Assembly (NCBI GenBank): GCA_046350555.1
Contig: JAXMAF010000009.1
Coordinates: 9,900-73,899 of the forward strand
DNA length: 64,000 bases
Origin: Phycisphaerales bacterium
GTDB lineage: Bacteria; Planctomycetota; Phycisphaerae; Phycisphaerales; SM1A02
Direction: 5' to 3'
The position numbers and the translations under genes were made by a program. The notes under the pieces were generated by a model. That model saw only the letters and a list, made by a program, of their open reading frames with translations. It was not told the origin of the DNA and searched no databases. Within the stretch, counting starts at the first letter, position 1. Every line of letters begins with the position of its first letter. Below are positions 38,713 to 49,249 of this stretch, one piece after another.

Positions 38713-41214
38713 TCAAGGACCCGTCGGACGGATTCCGCGCGGAGCGCACGAATCCGTCGCCCCCACGATCACGCGAGCGTCCAGCGCCACCGCGCCGCGC
38801 CGCGTCAGGAGCAACGGATTCGCCTCGACCTCGACGATGCCGTCCATCGTGCTCGGCAGCGCCGCAATCCGCCCAAGAACGTCGATGAGCGCGCGCACGT
38901 CGAGCGCCGGACGACCACGGAATCCCTGAAGCAACGGCCACAGCCGGAGCGAGCGAAGGGGCGCCACCGCCTCGTCGTCGTCCAGCGGCGGGATCAGGAC
39001 CGCGCGGTCGGCGAGCAGCTCGGCCATCACGCCGCCTGCGCCGACCATGACCACCGGCCCGAAGGTCGGATCCCGTTTCGCACCGACGATGAGCTCGACG
39101 CCGTCCGGATCCGAGACCATCGGCTGGACGCAGACCCCTTCGATCGCCGCGTCCGGACGCAAGCGCCGCGCCGACTCGACGATCCGGTCGTACGCCGCGC
39201 CAACCTCGGCGTCGCCGCGGAGGCGCAGGGCGACGCCGGCGACGTCGCTCTTGTGCGTGATCCCGGGCGAGACGATCTTCATCGCGACCGGTCCGGGCAC
39301 CTTCGCCGCCGCGGCGATCGCCTCGCTGCGCGTCCGGGCCAGCACGGTCGGCGCGACATCGATGCCACACGCCGCGAGCAGCGCCTTCGACGCCGGCTCG
39401 GTCAGCGTCTCGACACGCTTCGGACGTTCCGCGCTCGGTTCCGCGCGTCGGGCATCGTCGGCCGCCGCATCGTGGGAAGTGCGCGGCACGTGCACACGCG
39501 CATCCCGCGCCGCCTTGATCTTGTGCGCCGCGGCGGCGGCGAGGGCGCGCGACACATGAACGAACGCCCTCACCGCCTCCTCGGGCGTCCCGAAGACGGG
39601 CAGGCGCGCTTGGTGAAGCACGCGAACGCCCTCGCGGACGGCCGCGCCACCCATCCATGCGGCCATCACGAGCTTGGGTCCGTCGCCGGTGCGGCGCGCG
39701 AGGCGCGCATCGGTCCCCTCCGACACCGGCGCACTCGATCGGGGCCGTGATAGCTCGGATTCGCCCGCAGGCGCGGCACTCGGCGCGCCAGCGCCATCGC
39801 ACGCCTCCGCCGCCTCCGCCGCCGCCACCACCTCGCGCGCGGCCTGCGAGGCATCGACGGTCTTCTGCGGCGTGAGGATCACCAGCATCGCATCGACCGC
39901 GTCGTCGGCCAGCACCAGCCGGGTCGCGTCGCCGAATCGCCGGGCGGGCGAATCGCCGATGATGTCCACCGGATTGCCGTGCGACCAGTGCGGCGGCAGG
40001 ACCCGCGACAACCCTTCGATCGTCTCGGCGCCCAGCGTCGCGAGCGTGCCGCGCCGCTCCATCAGCGCGTCGGTGGCGACCACGCCCGGGCCGCCCGCGT
40101 TGGTCACGATCGCCAGGCGATCGCCGCGCGGACGTCGCGGCGCGCCGAGCAGCTCGATGGCGCCGCGGATCTCTCCGATGTCGCCGACGCGCACGATTCC
40201 CGCCTTCCGCAGCGCCGCGTCGTAGACCGCGTCCTCGCCGGCCATCGCGCCGGTGTGCGTCGAGGCGGCCCTGGCCGATTCGGGGGAGCGCCCCGCCTTG
40301 TAGGCGATGATCGGCTTCGGGCAGCGCTGCGCCGCGTCGATGAAGCGAACGCCGTCGCGGATCGATTCGATGTACAGGACGATCGAGCCCGTCGCCGGAT
40401 CCGCCGCGGCGTGATCGATGAGATCGGCGAAGTCGACATCGACCATGTTGCCGGTCGAGACGAAGCGCGAGAAGCCGATCCGCTCGTCGATCGCCCAGTC
40501 GAGCATCGCCGTGCACAGCGCCCCGGACTGCGAGATGAAGGCGACGCTGCCGGCCGGCGGCATCCCCTGCGCGAAGCTGGCGCTGAGTCCCGTGCCCGGC
40601 ACGAGGATGCCCAGGCAGTTCGGGCCGATGATCCGCATCGCGGACGCCGCTGGCGGCGCGGTCCGCGGCGCGTCGTTCGAGGCGGCACGCGCCGCCCGAC
40701 CCGGCGCGACCCGACACGACGCCAGGCGCCCCTCCAGCGCGGCGCCCGCCGGACCCGATTCGCGAAAGCCGGCCGAGATGACAAGCGCCGCGCCGACGCC
40801 GGCCGCGGCGCACTGCGCCACGATCTCCGGCACGCTCTCGGCGCGCGTGCAGACCACCGCCAGGTCGACGGGCCGCGGAACGTCGGCGACGTCCCGAAAG
40901 CAGCGGCAGCCCATGACGCTTTCCCGCCCGGGATTGACCGCGAAGATCGTGCGCTGCGGCGGCCCCGCGACGAGGTTCGCCATCACCGCGCCACCCACGC
41001 TGCCGGCCCGGTCCGTCGCACCGATCACGACGACCGTTCGCGGGGCGAACGCGGCGTCGAGGCCGGTTCGTCCCGACTCGCCGTCGGCTTGATGCGCCAC
41101 CGGCGCGGCGCCCGGGCCAACGGTCTTGCTCGTCGTCACGGTCGCTGCTCCGCCCGACGGCTCGACCGGCGCGCCGCGCCCGTCCGCGTGTGCGCGGGCC
41201 ACACGCTCGCGCAC
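38713..41214 (-). CDS. ADP-forming acyl/acetyl-CoA synthetase family protein (CoA-binding, CoA-ligase and ATP-grasp domains)
   Basis: Motifs VVVIGATDRAGSVGGAV, IIGPNCLGILVP, ISQSGALCTAMLDWA, HTGAMAG, and a C-terminal ATP-grasp (VAMKIVSPGITHKSDVAGV). The start is uncertain: the ORF begins with GTG at 41214, 4 nt after the upstream gene's stop. Confidence 0.85.
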   Translation of the reverse strand: MRERVARAHADGRGAPVEPSGGAATVTTSKTVGPGAAPVAHQADGESGRTGLDAAFAPRTVVVIGATDRAGSVGGAVMANLVAGPPQRTIFAVNPGRESVMGCRCFRDVADVPRPVDLAVVCTRAESVPEIVAQCAAAGVGAALVISAGFRESGPAGAALEGRLASCRVAPGRAARAASNDAPRTAPPAASAMRIIGPNCLGILVPGTGLSASFAQGMPPAGSVAFISQSGALCTAMLDWAIDERIGFSRFVSTGNMVDVDFADLIDHAAADPATGSIVLYIESIRDGVRFIDAAQRCPKPIIAYKAGRSPESARAASTHTGAMAGEDAVYDAALRKAGIVRVGDIGEIRGAIELLGAPRRPRGDRLAIVTNAGGPGVVATDALMERRGTLATLGAETIEGLSRVLPPHWSHGNPVDIIGDSPARRFGDATRLVLADDAVDAMLVILTPQKTVDASQAAREVVAAAEAAEACDGAGAPSAAPAGESELSRPRSSAPVSEGTDARLARRTGDGPKLVMAAWMGGAAVREGVRVLHQARLPVFGTPEEAVRAFVHVSRALAAAAAHKIKAARDARVHVPRTSHDAAADDARRAEPSAERPKRVETLTEPASKALLAACGIDVAPTVLARTRSEAIAAAAKVPGPVAMKIVSPGITHKSDVAGVALRLRGDAEVGAAYDRIVESARRLRPDAAIEGVCVQPMVSDPDGVELIVGAKRDPTFGPVVMVGAGGVMAELLADRAVLIPPLDDDEAVAPLRSLRLWPLLQGFRGRPALDVRALIDVLGRIAALPSTMDGIVEVEANPLLLTRRGAVALDARVIVGATDSCAPRGIRPTGP

Positions 41215-41218
41215 GGCG

Positions 41219-42337
41219 TCACTTCACGCCCACCACGTCCCGTCCAAGGATCCCGTTCACCGTGATGATGTGGAAGCTCGTGTCGACGACGAAGTCGTAC
41301 GACTGGGGGATGTAGTAGCCGTTCGTGCCCAGCGGCGTGTCGCGGCTCCAGAGTCCCGCGCCGTCGGAGCCGGCCGCGGACTTGGCCCGTCCGTCGGCGT
41401 CCATCGCGTCGCCGCAGCCGACGACCTGCACGTGCCCGTCGAAGAAGAGCGTGACCGGGGACGACTTGAATCCGTGATTGAAGAACCAGGGCGTGTAGGT
41501 GCCGCTGAAGTTGTTGTTGATCTCGCCCGTCGGCTTCTGCTGGAGCCAGTTGTGCTCGAGCATGCGCGTCTTGAGGTCGGGGTATTGCGCCGCGCCCGCG
41601 GGCGGCGACTTGTAGCCCGCCGGCAGGGTGTCGGGATTGGTGTAGTACTTGCCGGTCGTGGCGTTCTTGCTGAGCACCTCGGGGTTCCACATCGCCGCGG
41701 GCGAGCAGCAGTACGTGGAGTTCCACAGCCCGGGGATGTTGCCGGTGTTGTCCGGCGGGATGATCGTGAACGTGTCGGGCAGCGCGAAGTACTTCTCGGC
41801 GCCGGCGAGAATGACCGAGTCCTTCGGCGCGTAGAAGACGGGGTCGTAGAAGCGCCCGTTCACGTAGGTGTTGAACGACTCGACGTTGACCAGGCGGAAC
41901 GCGCCATACAGGTTGCTGGGCGTGAACTGCATCGGCTGGTAGACGGGCCAGTTGCCGCAGTTCTCCGGGTAGCCTCCGCAACCGAGGAAATAGCCCCAGA
42001 TCGTCGGCACCGTGTCGGCGTCCCAGCCGAGGATCATCTGCGGCGGGCAGCCGGCGTTGGTGATGTAGTTCTGGCACGGGTTCCCACCGCCGGCGTAGAG
42101 CCCCGCGTCGTCGGGCACCGCGGACCACTGCTTGTCGGTCCAGTCCGCCGAGTAGGCCGCGTGCGCCGCGGACAGGTTGCGCATGTTCCCGAGCGACTGC
42201 GTCGTCTGCGCCGCGTCGCGCGCCTTCCCGATGGCCGGCAGCAGGATGCCGACCAGGAGCGCGATGATCGAGATCACGACCAGGAGCTCCACGATCGTGA
42301 ACCCGCCCTTCCCCACGTCGATCTTGCGATTGCTCAT
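41219..42337 (-). CDS. Prepilin-type N-terminal cleavage/methylation domain protein (DUF1559-like pseudopilin)
   Basis: The ATG at 42337 gives MSNRKIDVGKGGFTIVELLVVISIIALLVGILLPAIGKAR. The C-terminal LFFDGHVQVV is typical of the planctomycetal DUF1559 type. Confidence 0.88.
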   Translation of the reverse strand: MSNRKIDVGKGGFTIVELLVVISIIALLVGILLPAIGKARDAAQTTQSLGNMRNLSAAHAAYSADWTDKQWSAVPDDAGLYAGGGNPCQNYITNAGCPPQMILGWDADTVPTIWGYFLGCGGYPENCGNWPVYQPMQFTPSNLYGAFRLVNVESFNTYVNGRFYDPVFYAPKDSVILAGAEKYFALPDTFTIIPPDNTGNIPGLWNSTYCCSPAAMWNPEVLSKNATTGKYYTNPDTLPAGYKSPPAGAAQYPDLKTRMLEHNWLQQKPTGEINNNFSGTYTPWFFNHGFKSSPVTLFFDGHVQVVGCGDAMDADGRAKSAAGSDGAGLWSRDTPLGTNGYYIPQSYDFVVDTSFHIITVNGILGRDVVGVK

Positions 42338-42582
42338 CGAAGGTTCCCCTTTCCGTCTCCGTCGGCTTCCGCCGCGAGACGCACCGCTCCCTGCACTGTA
42401 CCGAGCGGCGAGGTGGGTGCAAGGGTCCAGGCGTCGCCCGATCTCGGGCCCGGGCCGCTGCCGGGCCGACCGAACGGGGGCCGGGGCGGTCGGCGCCGTC
42501 CGTGCCTTCCGCGCGTTCCTCGCCGACCGCACGCCTCGCCCCCGGTTTGCGCCGCCCGCGCCGTGCGCGCCCTTGGCGCCTT

Positions 42583-42636
42583 CCGCGATGTCCGCGATGT
42601 CCGCGCCGTCCGCGCCTCCCGCGATATCCGCGCCAT
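42583..42636. repeat. Six tandem 9-mers (CCGCGNNNT-like)
   Basis: Read directly upstream of the pseudopilin gene: ccgcgatgt ccgcgatgt ccgcgccgt ccgcgcctc ccgcgatat ccgcgccat. Confidence 0.75.
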
Positions 42637-43061
42637 CGACACCTTGCGCGAGACCATCGCTTCGGCCGCGCCACCACGAGGTGCGGCGCTCCGCCGCTGC
42701 GCATCCCCGATTGGACTCCGGCCCGCGCCGAACGCTCGGCGACGACGCACGTCGATTTCTGGACACCCACGAACCATCCTCGTGTCGTCGAGCGCGTCTT
42801 GTCTTGGCGGGTCGTGGAAGCTTCCTGCCTTGGACGGAGGCTGCGCGTCTACGAGTAACAAGGAAGGCGAGAAGGCCGCAGACGCAAGGAGAAGAATCAC
42901 GCCAACTTCCCACCCCCTGGCACCTTGTAAGCCATGATCCAGAACGCGCGCACACGGCATAGACCCTATGATGCCGCGTCCGCCCGGTTTGCGGATTGCA
43001 CAGCCCAGGGAGACTTCCAAGCCGGGACGCTGTGCTGACGGCGGCAGGGAGGGGATGTCAT

Positions 43062-43703
43062 ATGCTGACCAGTCTAATTACCTTGGGCGGACAGCCCACA
43101 CCACGCCATCGCCTTGCGATTGGAGCGATCATGGAATGGCCTCGACCTGGCGACCGCCTGTTCACCTTCGACAAGGACTGGCACAACAACGCTTGCGTTG
43201 ACTCCCATGGATCGCTTTCGAGTTACGGCTCCAGCTACAAGGCCGCAGCCGACGCTCTCGTCGAGGCCGTGACAGAACGCAAAGCGTTCCTTGACGAGAT
43301 GATCGGTCCGATCGTCTTTCTGTACCGGCAGTACATCGAGCTACGGCTCAAGGAACTCGTGTTCCTCTGCCGCAGACTCGAGCGCCTTGATACAGCGTTC
43401 CCCCACCATCACAATCTGAGCACTCTGTGGGACGAGGCTAAGCGGCTGCTCGACTCACACTACAGCGGCACGACTCCGCCGGAGATGCACAATCTTGACG
43501 GGTGCATTCAGGACTTCGACGTCCACGACCCGCAGTCATTCGCATTTCGATACCCGTGGGACAAGAAGGGCGGCCGATCGCTTCAGGCGCTTCGTCACAT
43601 CAACATTCGGCACCTCCACGAAGTCATGGCTCGGGTCGGTTCATTTCTCGATTGCATCAGCGGCGATCTGTCCGATCGTTTGGATGCTCGCGACTCCTCG
43701 TGA
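43062..43703 (+). CDS. Hypothetical helical protein (213 aa) in a lower-GC patch; possibly HEPN-like
   Basis: GGGAGGGG lies 8-9 nt upstream of the ATG at 43062. The segment is visibly lower in GC than its neighbours. The sequence is helical, with YRQYIELRLKELV, HNLSTLW, SFAFRYPWDKKGG and LRHINIRHLH (a possible Rx4-6H). The family call is a guess. Confidence 0.6.
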   Translation: MLTSLITLGGQPTPRHRLAIGAIMEWPRPGDRLFTFDKDWHNNACVDSHGSLSSYGSSYKAAADALVEAVTERKAFLDEMIGPIVFLYRQYIELRLKELVFLCRRLERLDTAFPHHHNLSTLWDEAKRLLDSHYSGTTPPEMHNLDGCIQDFDVHDPQSFAFRYPWDKKGGRSLQALRHINIRHLHEVMARVGSFLDCISGDLSDRLDARDSS

Positions 43704-43827
43704 GCGTCAATGCCGCCCAACTCCGCGTTGCAGCCGACGTGCTACCGCGCCGGCGCGCGGTGCGAAGCGGTTGCCTGCGGCGCGGCGGCCCGTGGCTGAA
43801 CGCCGCAGTTCGGCGGAGGAGTGACGG

Positions 43828-44295
43828 ATGGCGAAGCGCATCGATTACGTCCGTGTTGCCCCCGACGCCGTCAAGGCGTTGTCGGCGACCCGCCCATACC
43901 TCGCGGCCTCGGCCATCGAGCCGCGGCTGCGAGCACTCGTCGAGTTGCGGGTGTCCCAGATCAATGGATGTGCTTACTGCGTGGACCTCCACTCTCACGA
44001 GGCTCGCCGGGCCGGTGAGGCACAGCAGCGACTGGACTGTCTCCCCGTGTGGCGGGAGACGCCCTTCTTCGCCGACCGCGAGCGGGCCGCCTTGGCATGG
44101 GCCGAGTCGGTCACTCTGGTGCCCCAGACCGGCGTGCCCGACGCGGTGTTCGAGGACGCTCGGCGTCACTTCTCCGAGAAGGACTTGGTGGATCTCACGC
44201 TGGTGATTGCGTCGATGAACGCCTGGAACCGCATTGCCATCAGCTTCCGTCAAGCGCCATCGCACCGGGCAGCCAGTTATGCGCCTCCCAGTTGA
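43828..44295 (+). CDS. Carboxymuconolactone decarboxylase / AhpD-like family protein
   Basis: It carries LVELRVSQINGCAYCVDLHS (a CxxC AhpD-type motif). The last five sense codons and the stop (YAPPS*) lie inside repeat copy A5. Confidence 0.85.
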   Translation: MAKRIDYVRVAPDAVKALSATRPYLAASAIEPRLRALVELRVSQINGCAYCVDLHSHEARRAGEAQQRLDCLPVWRETPFFADRERAALAWAESVTLVPQTGVPDAVFEDARRHFSEKDLVDLTLVIASMNAWNRIAISFRQAPSHRAASYAPPS

Positions 44296-44385
44296 TCCTC
44301 GCGCCCCACCCAACCCAATTCCGCCGTCAGACGCCGCTGTGGGCAAGGGGTCGAACGCATGGAGGTCCACTGGAATCCGTGTTCA
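44278..44385 (+). mobile_element. Family A MITE-like repeat, copy A5 (degenerate ends)
   Basis: The core is identical in pattern to A1 (CTCGCGCCCCACCCAACCCAATTCCGCCG...). The left end is TATGCGCCTCCCAGT and the right end is CCGTGT|TCA. The left-flank trinucleotide is not conserved. Confidence 0.7.
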
Positions 44386-44505
44386 GTCAAACCGGCCCGA
44401 CAGTCCGATCGCGTCCAACCGTCGCGCCCAACCCTTGTTCTCCGTCGTTGTGAACCGCGAATCCCGCCGGATCTTCGCCGGACCTCTGGACCCTTGCCGA
44501 CACGA

Positions 44506-45627
44506 CTACCGCGCACACGCCCCCCACGCACCGAGCATCGCGCCGAGGTCGGCGCCGTCGACCATCTGGTCGCCGTTGAGGTCGGCTGTCGAACCGGTGG
44601 TCGGGCCCCATTGCGCGAGGAGCAGGCCGAGATCGGCCCCGTCGACGATGCCGTCGGCGGTGAGGTCCGCAGGGCACGAGCTCGGCGGCGTGAAGCCCGA
44701 GACGCGAATGACACGGTTGCCGCCGCCGAACGTCGAGAAGAGCACGTCGCCGGTGACCGGATCGACGGCGGCGCCCTGGGCGCCTGCGAGCCCGGTGATG
44801 AAGACGCTCTGTGAATCGGGCATCGGATCGCCGTTGGCGTCGATGAGGTACGCCGTCACCTGCCCGAGGTCGCTGTTGACGACGAGCACGCTGTCGCCGC
44901 CAAACCCGGGGTTGACCGCGCCGACGTAGACGATGCCTTCCAGCCCGCCCGCCAACTGGACGAATGTCGGCGACACCGCGATGTCGAAGGTGCCGTTGCC
45001 GTCGGGCGAGACGGTCGCGTCGTACCAGCGGCTGGAGTCGCGGGAGACGATCTTGAGCCGGCCGGCGCCGGGAAACCCCGGTGGAACGAAGCGCAGCGCT
45101 CCAGTCGACCCGGCGACCCCGAGCGGCGAGAGATCGACGAGCCGATCGGGGTTCACGCTGCTCGATTCAAGCTGACCGATGTGGTTGTCGGGATACGTCG
45201 TGTAGAAGCTCGTGCAGTCGGGTCCGACGTCAAGCCCGCCATCGATGCCGCCCGAGACACCCGGCGCCGCCTGGAAGAAGACCGCGCCCTTGCTGGCGAA
45301 GCCGGTCACATGGCTGTCGGGGCCGCGGAGCACCAGGATCGCATCGATCGCCGCCGAAGTCAGGTGCGCCGCGCCGCCAATCAGGAGGACCGACGTGTCG
45401 CCGGGCGCGAAGAGCAGACCGCCGTAGCTCGGGGTCACGCCGGGCACCGAACCGAGGTCGGTGATCGTGTAATGGTCCTTGAAGTCCGGTCCGAGCGACT
45501 GCGCATGCGCTCCGTTCGCGATGGCAAGGACCGCGCACGTCGTGGCGACGACGAGTGAAGCGATCGGACGCGAACCGGAGACGTGCGGGCTGGACACCTG
45601 CGAGCTGGACACATGCGGGCTGGGCAT
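44506..45627 (-). CDS. Secreted beta-propeller-like protein with a double dockerin-like tag
   Basis: It has the signal-like segment RPIASLVVATTCAVLAIANGAHAQ and the C-terminus [24 protein letters not shown]...ADLNGDQMVDGADLGAMLGAWG. The start is uncertain (ATG 45627, GTG 45597). Upstream codons lie in a 15-bp repeat array. Confidence 0.75.
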   Translation of the reverse strand: MPSPHVSSSQVSSPHVSGSRPIASLVVATTCAVLAIANGAHAQSLGPDFKDHYTITDLGSVPGVTPSYGGLLFAPGDTSVLLIGGAAHLTSAAIDAILVLRGPDSHVTGFASKGAVFFQAAPGVSGGIDGGLDVGPDCTSFYTTYPDNHIGQLESSSVNPDRLVDLSPLGVAGSTGALRFVPPGFPGAGRLKIVSRDSSRWYDATVSPDGNGTFDIAVSPTFVQLAGGLEGIVYVGAVNPGFGGDSVLVVNSDLGQVTAYLIDANGDPMPDSQSVFITGLAGAQGAAVDPVTGDVLFSTFGGGNRVIRVSGFTPPSSCPADLTADGIVDGADLGLLLAQWGPTTGSTADLNGDQMVDGADLGAMLGAWGACAR

Positions 45628-45708
45628 CTCCGAACAGGACAGCCGCGAGCTGGACACCTGCGAACTGGAAACAGGGGAACGGGACATCTGCAAGCTGGGC
45701 ATCGGGGC
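45574..45708. repeat. About nine tandem 15-bp units (GCTGGACACCTGCGA-like)
   Basis: Read directly. On the minus strand the array reads as Ser-rich pentapeptides (VSSSQ / VSSPH) in frame with the downstream gene. Confidence 0.8.
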
Positions 45709-45747
45709 GGCCATCATGGCGGTCTCTCGGTTGGGAGGGTCGATGTG

Positions 45748-45913
45748 CTCGTGTCCCGAGTCAGGAATTCGCGGCATATGGGCGCGACATGATTTTGTCT
45801 GGCAAGGAGTCGAGACGAACGGCCTATCCGCAGCGATAGGCGGAGTCTCGACGACGCCGCCAGGCGAAATCAGGGCCGCACATATGACGCGAATTTCTGA
45901 CTCGGGACACGAG
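45748..45913. repeat. 166-bp palindromic element (~39-bp arms, nested inner hairpins)
   Basis: The arm at 45748-45786 (ctcgtgtcccgagtcaggaattcgcggcatatgggcgcg) pairs with the reverse complement of 45873-45913, with 3-4 mismatches. The centre contains CCTATC-cgcagc-GATAGG (45823-45840) flanked by gagtcgagac/gtctcgac. Confidence 0.8.
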
Positions 45914-46059
45914 ACGGGGACGATGGGCGATTGTCGTCGGCGAGACGATGCAATGGAAGGGTTGCCGCGGAGGATCTCCCAGGCCGTCTCGGTGGCTCGC
46001 GAGGGGCGGACGCGGCCGTGCGTCGCGCGGCGCCGTGCTCTTCGGCGCTCGTGAGGCCT

Positions 46060-46167
46060 TCATACGCGTCCCGATTGAATCTCGCGCCCGACCAAATCCA
46101 ATTCCGCGGTGAGACGCCGCTGTGGGCACGAGGTCGAACGCATGGAGGTCGACCGGAATCCGTCCGA
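46060..46167 (+). mobile_element. Family A MITE-like repeat, copy A6 (diverged)
   Basis: The sequence is TCA|TACGCGTCCCGATTGA...GACCGGAATCCGTC. The right end and flank are degenerate. Confidence 0.7.
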
Positions 46168-46759
46168 TTCGTGCTCCGCTCTCGCGTGTTCGCGCACACG
46201 GCGCCGAAGCAACCTTGCGATTGCCCTGCATATCCCTCTCACCTTCGCCTTCGTCGCGAGCAATCCCGGACAGTTCATGCGGGCGTACCACAACGGCCAC
46301 CTGTTTGGCCAGACCACCACGGCCAATGCGTTCAGCCCCGCCAACATCCCGCTCAGGATCGCCGACAGCTTCGACGGCAGGGTCGACGAGCTGCGCATCT
46401 GGAACGTGACGCGCACGCCGGAGCAGATCTGCGACACGTGGTACCGCACCGTGCCGGTCGATAGCCCGGGACTTCTCGCCTACTACCGCACGGACTCGTC
46501 GACGGAGACCGTCTCGTTGATCGACCTTGCCGCACTGGGTGGCACCAACGACGCGCTTCTCACCGGGGCGGCGTCGTCCATCACCGCTGTTCCCTGCGTG
46601 GTCTTCGGAGACCTCAACGGCGACGGGCTGGTCAACGGCGCGGACCTCGGCCTCGTGCTGAGCGCGTGGGGCTCGGCCGACGCCACTGCCGACCTGAACT
46701 GCGACGGCATCGTCAACGGCGCCGACCTCGGCCCGCTGCTGGGCGCCTGCACCGGATGA
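46166..46759 (+). pseudogene. 5'-truncated LamG/concanavalin-like domain protein with a double dockerin-like tag
   Basis: Only the last strands of a LamG-type jelly roll remain ([27 protein letters not shown]). Then comes [21 protein letters not shown]...[23 protein letters not shown]. The ORF opens inside repeat A6 and has no signal peptide. Confidence 0.6.
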
Positions 46760-47061
46760 TCCGGTGTCCGAGCCGAAGTTCGCCATCCCAGGCGCGGATG
46801 GCCGAGGCGGCGCGACGCAAGCTCGTCGGACGCGACCGTGTCGGACTGGTCTTCGAGCGGGTGAGGCCCGGGCTCGATGCGGCCACAGGCCAGACACTGC
46901 CGACGATGGCGTCGAGGCCGGAGACGACGACCCTGCCGACACAACGCGCTCCGCCGCACGCCGGCGGGCCATGTTCGACGTGCCGACCGGATCAATGCCG
47001 GTTGCAGGATCGGGATCGACCGCCGACAGGGGCGACGGCCGCAGCGGTCGTGCACATGCCG

Positions 47062-47170
47062 AGATGACCCGAAGTCGAGGCCGTGGGCACCGGATGACCG
47101 GCAACCGGCCTTTCGGTGGAAGGGTCGGATGATCGTCCTTCGTCGAAACAGGTATGGCCATGATGTCCCA
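47062..47170 (+). repeat. Family B repeat, copy B1 (~105 bp)
   Basis: It aligns by eye with 57246-57349 at about three quarters identity (AGATGACC...GTGGGCRCCGRATGACCGRCAWCCGGCCWTTCGG...GATCGTCC...GTCGAAACAGGTRTGG). Confidence 0.65.
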
Positions 47171-47188
47171 TGATGTCCCATGATGTCC
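47159..47188. repeat. Three tandem 10-mers (CATGATGTCC)
   Basis: Read directly at the right edge of B1, 46 nt from the rtcR stop codon. Confidence 0.85.
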
Positions 47189-47233
47189 CCAAGCGTGTCG
47201 AGCGGGAGACTGGGGTGGCGGAACTCCTCGTCG

Positions 47234-48982
<1,749 letters not shown>

Positions 48983-49142
48983 ATCCGATTGTATCGTTGA
49001 CGATACGATTGGATCGTTCTCCGTTGAGAGCCGCCCCGCTAGCACATCGGGGTTGACGGCGAAAACAAGAAATTCTTGAGGTACCGCCAAGGCCGACGCC
49101 CGCGTCGCGGCGCGGCGGAGCGGCAGCCGCTCTGCCAGCAGC

Positions 49143-49249
49143 GACGCAGAGAGCGCAGAGGGAAAAAGGAGGACGCAGAGTGAGGACAGCCGTTGGAGAC
49201 TGGGCCTGCGCCTCTGCGTCCTCTTCACTCTCTCTGCGACCTCTGCGTC
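49143..49249. promoter_or_regulatory. 107-bp dyad with 3+3 inverted GACGCAGAG-type 9-mers (candidate RtcR enhancer site)
   Basis: The left arm has GACGCAGAG at 49143-49151, AGCGCAGAG at 49152-49160 and GACGCAGAG at 49172-49180. Their complements on the right arm are CTCTGCGTC at 49212-49220, CTCTGCGAC at 49232-49240 and CTCTGCGTC at 49241-49249. All three pairs share the same centre (49196). Confidence 0.55.

Noticed and set aside
42913-42928. A sigma-54-like motif, TGGCAC-cttgt-AAGC, upstream of the low-GC orphan gene.
   Set aside because: The GG and GC dinucleotides are at the right spacing, but the -12 element is AAGC instead of TTGC. No enhancer-binding protein gene or palindrome accompanies it. 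It is too weak to call.
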